The notes under the pieces were generated by a model. The model searched no databases, was not told where the DNA came from, and saw only the letters and a list, made by a program, of their open reading frames with translations. A stretch of 27,457 nt of DNA from an uncultured Hyphomonadaceae bacterium. Its GTDB lineage: Bacteria > Pseudomonadota > Alphaproteobacteria > Caulobacterales > Hyphomonadaceae. This document shows, piece after piece, positions 17,423 through 25,501 of the stretch; positions within the stretch are counted from its first letter, which is position 1; each line of letters starts with the position of its first letter. Made by a program: the position numbers and the translations under genes. Location: assembly GCA_964467505.1 (NCBI GenBank), contig CAYXQV010000005.1:1-27457 (forward strand). The letters run 5' to 3'.

Positions 17423-18994
17423 ATGATCGATCTTGAGCCGATCGCGAATATCGCGGACATAACGCGCGTGCAGGCCGCCCGCCGCCCTGACCAGGTGGCA
17501 CTCTGGTTCGAGGGGCGTGAGACCTCCTTTGCCGCTCTCGACGCGCGCGCATCCCAGGTTGCAAATGGTCTGATCCGGGCCGGCAGCCATGCCGGGGCCC
17601 GTGTCGCATGGATCGGCAAGAACATGGATGTCTATTACGAGATCATGTTCGGCGCCGCGAAAGCGCGCATGGCCATGTGCGGGATCAACTGGCGCCTTGC
17701 CCCACCAGAGATCCGGTTCATCCTGTCGGACGCGCGTGCAAGCACACTTTTCGTCACCGCCGATTTCTACGATGTCGTGGAGCAGGTGAAGAATGAGTGC
17801 CCCGATCTGAGCCTGATTGTTGCGGTCGATGGCGGCCACCCGGAATGGCCCGATTATGCGACCTGGCGCGATGCGCAATCTGCCGTCGATCCGAAACTGA
17901 AGATCGATCCCGAGACCGAGGACGTCATCCAGCTCTACACGTCCGGCACGACAGGCCTGCCCAAGGGTGTCCAGCTTACCCACCGCAATTACCTCGCCTT
18001 TTTCGAGCAGGCGGGCATGCTGGAATGGTCGAGCTATGGCGCTGGCGATGCGGTGATGAATGCGATGCCGCTGTTCCATGTGGCCGGTGTGAATGTCGGC
18101 GTGCTCGCCACGCTGCAAGGCGCAAAAACCGTCATCCTGCGTGATATCGACCCCCAGGCGATCCTCTCCCTGATCGAGAGCCAGAACATCGCCCATGCCT
18201 TCTGGGTTCCCGCGGTGATCCTGCTCCTCACCCAGCAGCCGAACATCCGCGAGGTGGATTTTTCCAGCCTGCAGCAGGTGTTCTATGGCGCATCCCCGAT
18301 TGCCGAAGACCTGCTGAAGGAAGCCGTCGACATCATGGATGCGCGCTTCACCCAGCTTTACGGCCTGACCGAGACCGTGGGCGCGGGCACCTTCTTGCCA
18401 CCGCAGGCCCATGATCCGGCCTGGGGAAAGCTGCGCTCATGCGGTGTGCCCTGGCCGGGCGCGGTGGTGCGCTGCGTCGATGCAGACGGGCGCGCGGTGC
18501 CTCAAGGCGAGGTTGGCGAGATCGTGATCGCGTCCGATTTCGTGATGAAAGGCTACTGGAACCGCCCCGAGGCAACCGCCGATTCCATTCGCAACGGCTT
18601 CTTCCACACCGGAGACGCCGGTTATTTCGACGAAGACGGCTTCCTGTTCATCTATGACAGGGTGAAGGACATGATCGTGTCCGGCGGCGAGAATGTCTAT
18701 CCAGCCGAGGTCGAGAATGCGATTTTCGGGCATCCGGAAGTCGCTGACGTCGCAGTTATCGGCGTGCCGGACGAGAAATGGGGTGAGGCGGTCAAGGCCA
18801 TCATCGTCCCGAAGGAAGGCACCCAGCCCACAGCTGACAGCATCATGGCATGGGCGCGCGAGCGCATTGCCGCCTACAAGGTGCCCAAATCGGTCGATGT
18901 GATTGGCGCCCTGCCGCGCAATCCGTCAGGCAAGATCCTTCGCAAGGACCTGCGCGAACCATACTGGCAAGGCCAGGAGCGACGTGTCGGTTAG
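17423..18994 (+). CDS. Long-chain fatty acid-CoA ligase (AMP-binding superfamily)
   Basis: LYTSGTTGLPKGV P-loop, YGLTET, FHTGDAG, DRVKDMIVSGGENVYPAEVE, PRNPSGKILR; GGGAG upstream of ATG 17423. Confidence 0.92.
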   Translation: MIDLEPIANIADITRVQAARRPDQVALWFEGRETSFAALDARASQVANGLIRAGSHAGARVAWIGKNMDVYYEIMFGAAKARMAMCGINWRLAPPEIRFILSDARASTLFVTADFYDVVEQVKNECPDLSLIVAVDGGHPEWPDYATWRDAQSAVDPKLKIDPETEDVIQLYTSGTTGLPKGVQLTHRNYLAFFEQAGMLEWSSYGAGDAVMNAMPLFHVAGVNVGVLATLQGAKTVILRDIDPQAILSLIESQNIAHAFWVPAVILLLTQQPNIREVDFSSLQQVFYGASPIAEDLLKEAVDIMDARFTQLYGLTETVGAGTFLPPQAHDPAWGKLRSCGVPWPGAVVRCVDADGRAVPQGEVGEIVIASDFVMKGYWNRPEATADSIRNGFFHTGDAGYFDEDGFLFIYDRVKDMIVSGGENVYPAEVENAIFGHPEVADVAVIGVPDEKWGEAVKAIIVPKEGTQPTADSIMAWARERIAAYKVPKSVDVIGALPRNPSGKILRKDLREPYWQGQERRVG

Positions 18995-19190
18995 CAGGCT
19001 GGCGAAAACCAGGTCAAGTTTTCATCACCTGTCTGAAGACAGTCCTTCCCATCCCGACCACCCCGGACCTGATCCGGGGTCTTTTACCTGCGGGCCGGAA
19101 ACAGGCAGATCCCGGGTCAAGCCCGGGACGGTCGGATGTCCGGGGTCGTTTCAGAAACAGTCCCTTTGGGTTTTTCAGAAAGCCTGCTGA
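18991..19190 (+). mobile_element. 200-bp non-autonomous MITE-like nested palindromic element, copy 1
   Basis: Terminal IRs TTAGCAGGCT / AGCCTGCTGA; core CCCCGGACCTGATCCGGGG...CCCGGGTCAAGCCCGGG; 139/160 ungapped identity with copy 2 (hand count, 19021-19180 vs 22968-23127). Confidence 0.75.
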
Positions 19191-19358
19191 GCATTTTCCG
19201 ACCAAATTGCATCACTTGGTGGGGTGTATTTCGTGGTCTGGTCAGGGGCATACCGGAGCAGCATGCAGGCATGCTGGGAGGATTGCGACGCCGCCAGAGC
19301 GCAAAGGCCCCCACGTGGCTTGACGCTGCCGGAGCGATCAGCGAGACACCGACGCGTC

Positions 19359-20030
19359 ATGATTGTCTCTCACAGCCACAAATTCATTTTCCTGCGCACC
19401 GAAAAGACCGCAGGCTCCTCGCTTGGCGAGGCGCTTGCGCATGCTGGCCGCGAAAACGACTTCGTTGCCGATATGCGCCGGCCCGCCTGGGCGAAATATT
19501 CCCCGGTCCATCATGGCGCGCTGAAACGCAAACTGCCCGGGATTTTCGGGCTTCATACCCATGCAACGGCTGCGCAGGCCCGCCAGGTTCTCGGCCCGGA
19601 AGTGTTCGACACTTATTTCAAGTTCGCTGTCGAGCGGAACCCCTGGGACCGGCAGGTGAGCCTGTATATGCATCGCTGCTGGAAAACCGGCCGGACACCC
19701 GATTTCGACCGCGACATCCGCTCCCTCGCCTATCGCTCCACCGAGCATGTCAGACTCCAGAACTGGAAGGTCTACGCCATTGACGGGCAGGTCGTGGTCG
19801 ACAAGGTGCTGCGCTATGAGACCTTCGGCGATGATCTTGCCCAGCTCTGGCCGGCAATCGGGATGGCGCCGCTGGAACTGCCCCGGCGCCGCTCGGAATA
19901 CCGCGATGAGCGCCCGCACTATTCGACCTTTTACACGCCGGCCAGCCGCGATCTTGTCGGATCATGGTACAGGCGCGAGATCGCGGCGCTTGGCTACACA
20001 TTCGATGCGGCTGTCACGACCGACACCTGA
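19359..20030 (+). CDS. Sulfotransferase family protein
   Basis: KFIFLRTEKTAGSS (5'-PAPS-binding loop-like) and VERNPWDRQVSLY (3'-phosphate site-like); start MIVSHSHK. Confidence 0.8.
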   Translation: MIVSHSHKFIFLRTEKTAGSSLGEALAHAGRENDFVADMRRPAWAKYSPVHHGALKRKLPGIFGLHTHATAAQARQVLGPEVFDTYFKFAVERNPWDRQVSLYMHRCWKTGRTPDFDRDIRSLAYRSTEHVRLQNWKVYAIDGQVVVDKVLRYETFGDDLAQLWPAIGMAPLELPRRRSEYRDERPHYSTFYTPASRDLVGSWYRREIAALGYTFDAAVTTDT

Positions 20031-20087
20031 AGCCGCCCGTGGCCATGGCTGATGGCGCTTGCTCCGGGATTTTCGTCAGTATTCGCT

Positions 20088-20786
20088 TCAGTATTCGAAC
20101 ACGGCCGCGCCATTCTCATTCCCGATAATCACCGTGCGGGCGAGAGAGATAAAAAGCCCGTGCTCGACAAGGCCGGGAACGCCCGAAAGGCGCGCGGCAA
20201 GCGCTTCGGCATCCGGAATGCGCCCGCAATGGCAATCAAGTATATGATTGCCGCCATCAGTCACGAGCGGTTCGCGCCCGCCATAGGTGCGCAACTCGAC
20301 CTTGGGCTTGTCGATACCCGAAGCCCGCAACGCTTCGAAGACGCGCCGCGCGGTCAGGGTAAATCCGAATGGCGTCACCTCGACCGGCAGGGGCAAGGCG
20401 CCGAGCCGGACGACCTGTTTTGAAGGATCGGCAATGACCACCATATGCTCGCTGGCATCGGCAATGATCTTTTCGCGCAGCAATGCCGCGCCACCACCCT
20501 TGATCAGCGTGCCGTGCTCATCGATCTCATCGGCACCGTCGACAACCAGGTGGATGCGTTCAACCTCATCGACAGGAATGAGCGGCACACCATGACTTTC
20601 GGCGAGCCGGCGCGTCTCCTCGCTCGTCGGCACGGCGCGCACCAGCAGCCCGTCGGCCACCTCGTCAGCCAGCATTTCGACAAAGAATTTTGCTGTCGAG
20701 CCGGTTCCCAGACCCAGCGTCATGCCGTCTTCGACAAACTCCAGCGCAGCGGCGGCGGCGTTCTGCTTCTCTCGCTCATTTGCCAT
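20088..20786 (-). CDS. rpiA: Ribose-5-phosphate isomerase A
   Basis: GLGTGST, DGADE, KGGGAALLREK, LPVEV, TDGGNHILD, PGLVEHGLF; start ATG 20786 overlapping the glmU end, preceded by AAGGAG. Confidence 0.96.
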   Translation of the reverse strand: MANEREKQNAAAAALEFVEDGMTLGLGTGSTAKFFVEMLADEVADGLLVRAVPTSEETRRLAESHGVPLIPVDEVERIHLVVDGADEIDEHGTLIKGGGAALLREKIIADASEHMVVIADPSKQVVRLGALPLPVEVTPFGFTLTARRVFEALRASGIDKPKVELRTYGGREPLVTDGGNHILDCHCGRIPDAEALAARLSGVPGLVEHGLFISLARTVIIGNENGAAVFEY

Positions 20787-22134
20787 CGGTGCTCTCCTTG
20801 CGCCCACTCATCAGCTTGCGATAGGACACCGCCCAGCCTTCCCGGTTCACCTGCTGGCTGCGGGCAAGCGCGAGAGCGTCGCCCGGCACCGCCTTGGTGA
20901 CGACACTGCCAGACCCGACAAAGGCGCCGGCCCCGATGCTGACCGGCGCGACAAGGGAGGAATTCGACCCAATGAAAGCGCCTTCGCCGATTTCGGTGCG
21001 CAGCTTGCGATAGCCATCATAATTGCAGAAGATCGTGCCGGCGCCGATATTCGCATTTGCACCGACCTCGCCGTCACCGAGATAGGCGAGATGGTTGGCC
21101 TTGGCGCCTGCGCCCATCCGCGTCTTCTTGACCTCGACAAAATTGCCGACGCGCGCGCCTTGCCCGATCTGCGCTCCGGGGCGAAGGCGCGCATAGGGCC
21201 CGATCACCGCGCCGCGGCTGACCTCGGCGCCCTCCAGATGGCTGAAGGCGCGGATCTGCGCACCGCTCTCAACCGTCACGCCGGGGCCGAAAACAACATG
21301 CGGCTCGATGATCACATCATTGCCAACCTGCGTGTCCCAGGAAAAGAAGACTGTCTCGGGCGCCGTCAGGGTCACACCTGCGGCGAGCAGCTCTGAGCGC
21401 CGGCGCGCCTGGAAGGCAGCCTCGGCGCGGGCCAGTTCGCTGCGGGAATTCACACCCAGCACATCGGCCTCGGCGCATTCGACAGCCAGGCAGCGCTGAG
21501 CGTCCTTGCGGGCGAGCGCAATGATGTCTGTCAGGTAATACTCGCCCTTGGAATTGTCATTCGTCACACGCGAGAGAAGCGTGAACATGTCGCCTGCGCG
21601 CGCCGCCATGACGCCGGAATTGCACAGCCTGATCTCAAGTTGCTCAGGGCTCGCATCGCGCGCTTCGACAATCGCTTCGATTTCGCCATGACCATGCGTG
21701 ATCAACCGGCCATAGGCGCCCGGATCAGCGGCCTTGAAGCCCAGCACGCCGACGCCTGCGCCCGCCTCCAGCCGCGCAAACAACTCCTCGACCGCCGACG
21801 CAGGGATCAGCGGCGTGTCGCCATACAGGACCGCCAGCGCGCCCTCGAAACCGGAAAGATTGGCCTTGCCGGCCAGCACCGCGTGGCCCGTGCCGAGAGG
21901 CGTTTCCTGGATCGCGACCGCATCATCGCCCAGCCGGTCGGCAACATGCGCCCGAAGCGCCGTCTGGGAGGGTGAACACACGACAATGATGCGCCCACAC
22001 CCGCATGCCTGCGCGAGCGCAATCGACCAGTCGATCATGGCCCGGCCACCGACCTGGTGCATGACCTTCGGCAGTTCCGATTTCATCCGCGTTCCCTGAC
22101 CCGCGGCCAGGATAATCGCTGCGCGCTGCGACAT
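20776..22134 (-). CDS. glmU: Bifunctional UDP-GlcNAc pyrophosphorylase / glucosamine-1-phosphate N-acetyltransferase
   Basis: IILAAGQGTRMKSELPKV, LGTGHAV, YGDTPL, GEYYLTD, hexapeptide region GPYARLRPG, GNFVEVK, HLAYLGD, GAGTIFCNYDG; start MSQRAA at 22134. Confidence 0.97.
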   Translation of the reverse strand: MSQRAAIILAAGQGTRMKSELPKVMHQVGGRAMIDWSIALAQACGCGRIIVVCSPSQTALRAHVADRLGDDAVAIQETPLGTGHAVLAGKANLSGFEGALAVLYGDTPLIPASAVEELFARLEAGAGVGVLGFKAADPGAYGRLITHGHGEIEAIVEARDASPEQLEIRLCNSGVMAARAGDMFTLLSRVTNDNSKGEYYLTDIIALARKDAQRCLAVECAEADVLGVNSRSELARAEAAFQARRRSELLAAGVTLTAPETVFFSWDTQVGNDVIIEPHVVFGPGVTVESGAQIRAFSHLEGAEVSRGAVIGPYARLRPGAQIGQGARVGNFVEVKKTRMGAGAKANHLAYLGDGEVGANANIGAGTIFCNYDGYRKLRTEIGEGAFIGSNSSLVAPVSIGAGAFVGSGSVVTKAVPGDALALARSQQVNREGWAVSYRKLMSGRKESTDGK

Positions 22135-22224
22135 ACCCGTTTCTCCTCGCACAAATCTCAGCAGGCAGTAGATCAAATGCCCCCACGAGGCTAGAGCTTG
22201 GCCAGGCAGACGGGAGTGAATTTC

Positions 22225-22938
22225 ATGTCCGAGGCGGCAGGTGCGGCGCGTTTTGATGGATGGGCCATCGTGTTCGACCTCGACGGGACGCTGATCGACA
22301 GCGCGCCAGACCTCCTGCGCGCACTCAACCACTCGCTGGCGCAGGTCGATGTCGCGCCCGTGCGGCTTGCTGACATCCGGACCATGATCGGACATGGCGC
22401 GAAAGCGATGATCCGGGCCGCTTTCAGCCGCGCCGGCAGGCATGCCCCTGACGCGCAGATTGACGATCTGTGGCGCCAGCTCATTGCCTATTATCAACGC
22501 AATATTGCTGTGGAAACCCGCCCATTTGACGGCGCATGCGAGGCGTTGGAGCAGCTGGTCGCGGGCGGCGCACGCCTTGGCGTATGCACCAACAAGACAC
22601 AGGCCCTGTCAGAACAGGTGATCGGCGCGCTGGGTCTGGACCACTATTTTGAAGCGGTTGTCGGCGCCGATCGCGTCCCCCTCAGGAAACCCGATGGGGA
22701 CCACATCCTGCGCACGCTTTCAGCCATGCAGGGCCAGCCATCGCGCGCCATCATGATCGGCGACAGCCGCACGGACGAAAGGGCAGCCCGCAATGCAGGG
22801 CTGCCCTTTGTGTTCGTTCCCTTCGGCTATGAGACCGAGACGGCAGAGCAGATTGCCGCTGACGCGACCGTCTCGCACTATTCGGAGCTTGCGGCGGTCT
22901 TGACTGGCCTGACGGCTTCAGATCGAAACCTGACCTGA
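22225..22938 (+). CDS. gph: HAD-family hydrolase, probable phosphoglycolate phosphatase
   Basis: VFDLDGTLIDSAPDL, CTNK, RKPDG, MIGDS motifs; divergent from glmU. Confidence 0.85.
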   Translation: MSEAAGAARFDGWAIVFDLDGTLIDSAPDLLRALNHSLAQVDVAPVRLADIRTMIGHGAKAMIRAAFSRAGRHAPDAQIDDLWRQLIAYYQRNIAVETRPFDGACEALEQLVAGGARLGVCTNKTQALSEQVIGALGLDHYFEAVVGADRVPLRKPDGDHILRTLSAMQGQPSRAIMIGDSRTDERAARNAGLPFVFVPFGYETETAEQIAADATVSHYSELAAVLTGLTASDRNLT

Positions 22939-23135
22939 GCCGTTGCTGAAAAACGCGTATTCAGGTTTTCCTCATCTGTTTCAAGACAGCCTCTCCCATC
23001 CCGACCGCCCCGGACCTGATCCGGGGTCTCTCGCGTCCGGGCCGGAAACAGGCAGATCCCGGGTCAGGCCCGGGACAGTCGGATGTCCGGAGGCGTTTCA
23101 GAAACAGTCCTTTTGCGTTTCTCAGCAGCCTCTCA
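22936..23135 (+). mobile_element. 200-bp MITE-like nested palindromic element, copy 2
   Basis: Terminal IRs TGAGCCGTTGCTGAAAAAC / GTTTCTCAGCAGCCTCTCA (15/19 complementary); same core as copy 1. Confidence 0.75.
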
Positions 23136-23378
23136 AGCCGCCGCTTCGTTGAAATTCGGGCGGTAGGACTTGCGTTTGCCGTCGCCCTCGCCACTCTTGC
23201 GCCGGCACGGCATGCCATTGACCATGTTGGAGCGAACGTCGGTCCGCGCACTTCTCATGGCTGCAACAAATCCCGAATCCACCAGGTCGACATCAACTTC
23301 ATAGCCGCGTTCGGCCCAATATTCGCGAATTTTGTCTTTCAGGCGACGAGCGCCGTCAGCGTCACACCAGTCTCTCAT
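23133..23378 (-). CDS. Small (81 aa) hypothetical protein
   Basis: MRDWCDADGARRLKDKIREYWAERGYEVDVDLVDSGFVAAMRSARTDVRSNMVNGMP...; GGAGAGAG RBS upstream of ATG 23378. Confidence 0.7.
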   Translation of the reverse strand: MRDWCDADGARRLKDKIREYWAERGYEVDVDLVDSGFVAAMRSARTDVRSNMVNGMPCRRKSGEGDGKRKSYRPNFNEAAA

Positions 23379-23860
23379 ATACTCTCTCCAGGCTCTATCA
23401 GTGCTGTAGATAACAAGGGCCACGACTGACCCCTGCGGCCTGTCCTTCTCATAAGGCAACGCGGGTTCTACCCGTCTGTTGGCTAACGAGATGACGCCAA
23501 TTGCATCCGAAAGCAAGCAGCGGCGGAGATGACTTTTTTGCAAAGGTTTATGAATGAACGGATATTCAGCATGAACGGGAGTACAGCATGTGCTGAAATA
23601 TCAGTTCAACTGTACGGAAAGGATTGATTAACGGAATATAAGCGTAAACCTACCCAATTGTTGCCACAAAGCGCCGTATAGCGCCCTCCGGCGAGTGATC
23701 GCACACATTTATTAATGCATAATTTCATATCTGCCATGTTAATATGCATATTCCTGAGAGCTTTTCTGCGGTCAGGAGAACATCCGGCAAGCTGCCTGCC
23801 GATTGGCTTGCGTCCGCGATGTGGCTGCGCCTGAGTCGCAGTCCTCGGCCAGCAACAGCC

Positions 23861-23889
23861 TTGACGAGCGGTAAGCTGGCGCATAACCA
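23861..23889 (+). promoter_or_regulatory. Sigma70-type promoter for tRNA-Val
   Basis: TTGACG-N17-TAACCA ending 18 nt before the mature tRNA. Confidence 0.65.
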
Positions 23890-23907
23890 CCAAGGCCCGG
23901 CTTGACG

Positions 23908-23982
23908 GGGCGATTAGCTCAGCGGGAGAGCACTGCCTTCACACGGCAGGGGTCACTGGTTCGATCCCAGTATCGCCCACCA
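23908..23982 (+). tRNA. tRNA-Val(CAC)
   Basis: Acceptor GGGCGAT/ATCGCCC + A-CCA, D arm AGCTCAG..GGGAGAGC, anticodon stem CTGCC/GGCAG with loop TTCACAC, T loop GGTTCGATCC. Confidence 0.96.
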
Positions 23983-24082
23983 TACCGACTTGGTTGGTAG
24001 CCTGGTTGTTGCGCAACACCGCAACGATCAGGCAAGACCCGCCATATTGTGCATGTGCCCGGTCGCGCGTTAGCATGGCGCG

Positions 24083-25501
24083 ATGCCCGATGATGCCAGC
24101 CCTGCCCCATCGAATACACTGATGCGCAAGCTGCCGCAATTGCAGTCGCTGCTGGAGACGCCTGCGCTTGCCCGCGTGATTGCGGGCAATGGCCAGGCCG
24201 CCGTGACGCATGCCGCGCGCGCCGTGCTCGATGCGCTTCGCCAGGACCTGCTGGCTGGACGCACGCAAACCCTGCCAGACTTTTCGGGTGAGGAATTTGC
24301 CGCGCAGGTCGAGGCCCGGATCGCGCGCGAGGGCCAGTCCAGCCTGAAACCCCTGATCAATGCGACCGGGGTCATCATCCATACCAATCTCGGCCGCGCG
24401 CCGCTCGCCCCGCAAGCGCTCGAGGCGATGCGCCGGATCGCCGAGGGCTATTCCAATCTCGAACTGGACCTGGAAACCGGCCGGCGTGGCTCGCGCCATG
24501 AGCATGTTGCCGGGCTTGTCCGTGAGCTGACGGGCGCGGGCGATGCACTCATCGTCAACAATTGCGCTTCGGCCGTGCTGGTCAGCCTCGCCGCGCTCGC
24601 CATGGGGCGCGGTGTCATTGTCTCACGCGGGGAGCTTGTGGAGATCGGCGGTGCGTTCCGGCTGCCCGACATCATTGCCGCAAGCGGCGCGCACCTGGCG
24701 GAAGTGGGCACCACCAACCGCACGCACCTGTCGGACTATGAAAAGGCCATTACCGATGACACCGCGCTCTTTCTGAAAAGCCATACGAGCAATTATCGCA
24801 TTGTCGGGTTTACCGCTGCGCCGGAACGCGCACAATTGTGCGCTCTGGCGGCCCGCCATTCCATCCCCGTCATGGAGGACCTCGGCAGCGGCGTGCTGGT
24901 CGATCTGTCGCCTTTCGGGCTGGTCGACGAGCCAAGCGTCGCAGACGTGCTCGCCTCGCGCACAGACCTCGTCACCTTTTCCGGCGACAAGCTGCTTGGC
25001 GGCCCGCAATGCGGCATCATTGCCGGGCGCGCCGACCTGATTGCGCAGATCAGGTCTCACCCAATGATGCGCGCGGTACGGATCGACAAGCTTTGCCTCG
25101 CGGCGCTGGAGGCGACGCTGCAGCTCTACAGGCCACCCTTCGACCCGCTGCGCGATATCCCGGTCCTTGCGCGTCTGGCCACAGATCCCCGCAAGCTGCA
25201 GGCGCGCGCAGCACTGCTGGCCGACTGGCTCCGCGCCGATGGCGTGGCGGGTGTCAGCGTCTCGGCAACGCCGGCTCAGGCTGGCGGCGGGAGCCTGCCC
25301 GGCCAGGACCTGGAGAGTTTTGCCGTGACCCTTGATGCTCGGCCGCTTTCTGTCGACACGCTGAGCGCGCGGCTGCGCCAGGCTGACCCGCCGGTGATCG
25401 GCCGCGTGCGCCATGACCGGCTCCATCTCGACATGCGAACTTTGGCTGAGAGCGATCTGCCTGCCATTCGTGCAAGTATCGCATGGGCGCTCAAGCCATG
25501 A
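24083..25501 (+). CDS. selA: L-seryl-tRNA(Sec) selenium transferase (selenocysteine synthase)
   Basis: [82 protein letters not shown] (PLP Lys), RAVRIDK. Confidence 0.96.
   Translation: MPDDASPAPSNTLMRKLPQLQSLLETPALARVIAGNGQAAVTHAARAVLDALRQDLLAGRTQTLPDFSGEEFAAQVEARIAREGQSSLKPLINATGVIIHTNLGRAPLAPQALEAMRRIAEGYSNLELDLETGRRGSRHEHVAGLVRELTGAGDALIVNNCASAVLVSLAALAMGRGVIVSRGELVEIGGAFRLPDIIAASGAHLAEVGTTNRTHLSDYEKAITDDTALFLKSHTSNYRIVGFTAAPERAQLCALAARHSIPVMEDLGSGVLVDLSPFGLVDEPSVADVLASRTDLVTFSGDKLLGGPQCGIIAGRADLIAQIRSHPMMRAVRIDKLCLAALEATLQLYRPPFDPLRDIPVLARLATDPRKLQARAALLADWLRADGVAGVSVSATPAQAGGGSLPGQDLESFAVTLDARPLSVDTLSARLRQADPPVIGRVRHDRLHLDMRTLAESDLPAIRASIAWALKP

Noticed and set aside
18985-19196. Target-site duplication around the MITE copies
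   Set aside because: Flanks are not direct repeats in either copy; terminal TNA/TNAG bases are inverted and counted as part of the IR, so the IS family cannot be assigned
18903-19205. Short ORFs within the repeat copies (also 22943-23152 and 22961-23251)
   Set aside because: They are translations of the palindromic element, with no RBS or domain support
22135-22497. 121-aa N-terminal extension of GlmU in the ORF track
   Set aside because: Overlaps the divergent gph gene; GlmU homology begins at MSQRAAIILAAG (22134), which has GGAG upstream
23530-23760. CtrA box (TTAA-N7-TTAA)
   Set aside because: Several TTAA half-sites occur, but none has a correctly spaced second half-site; only degenerate matches
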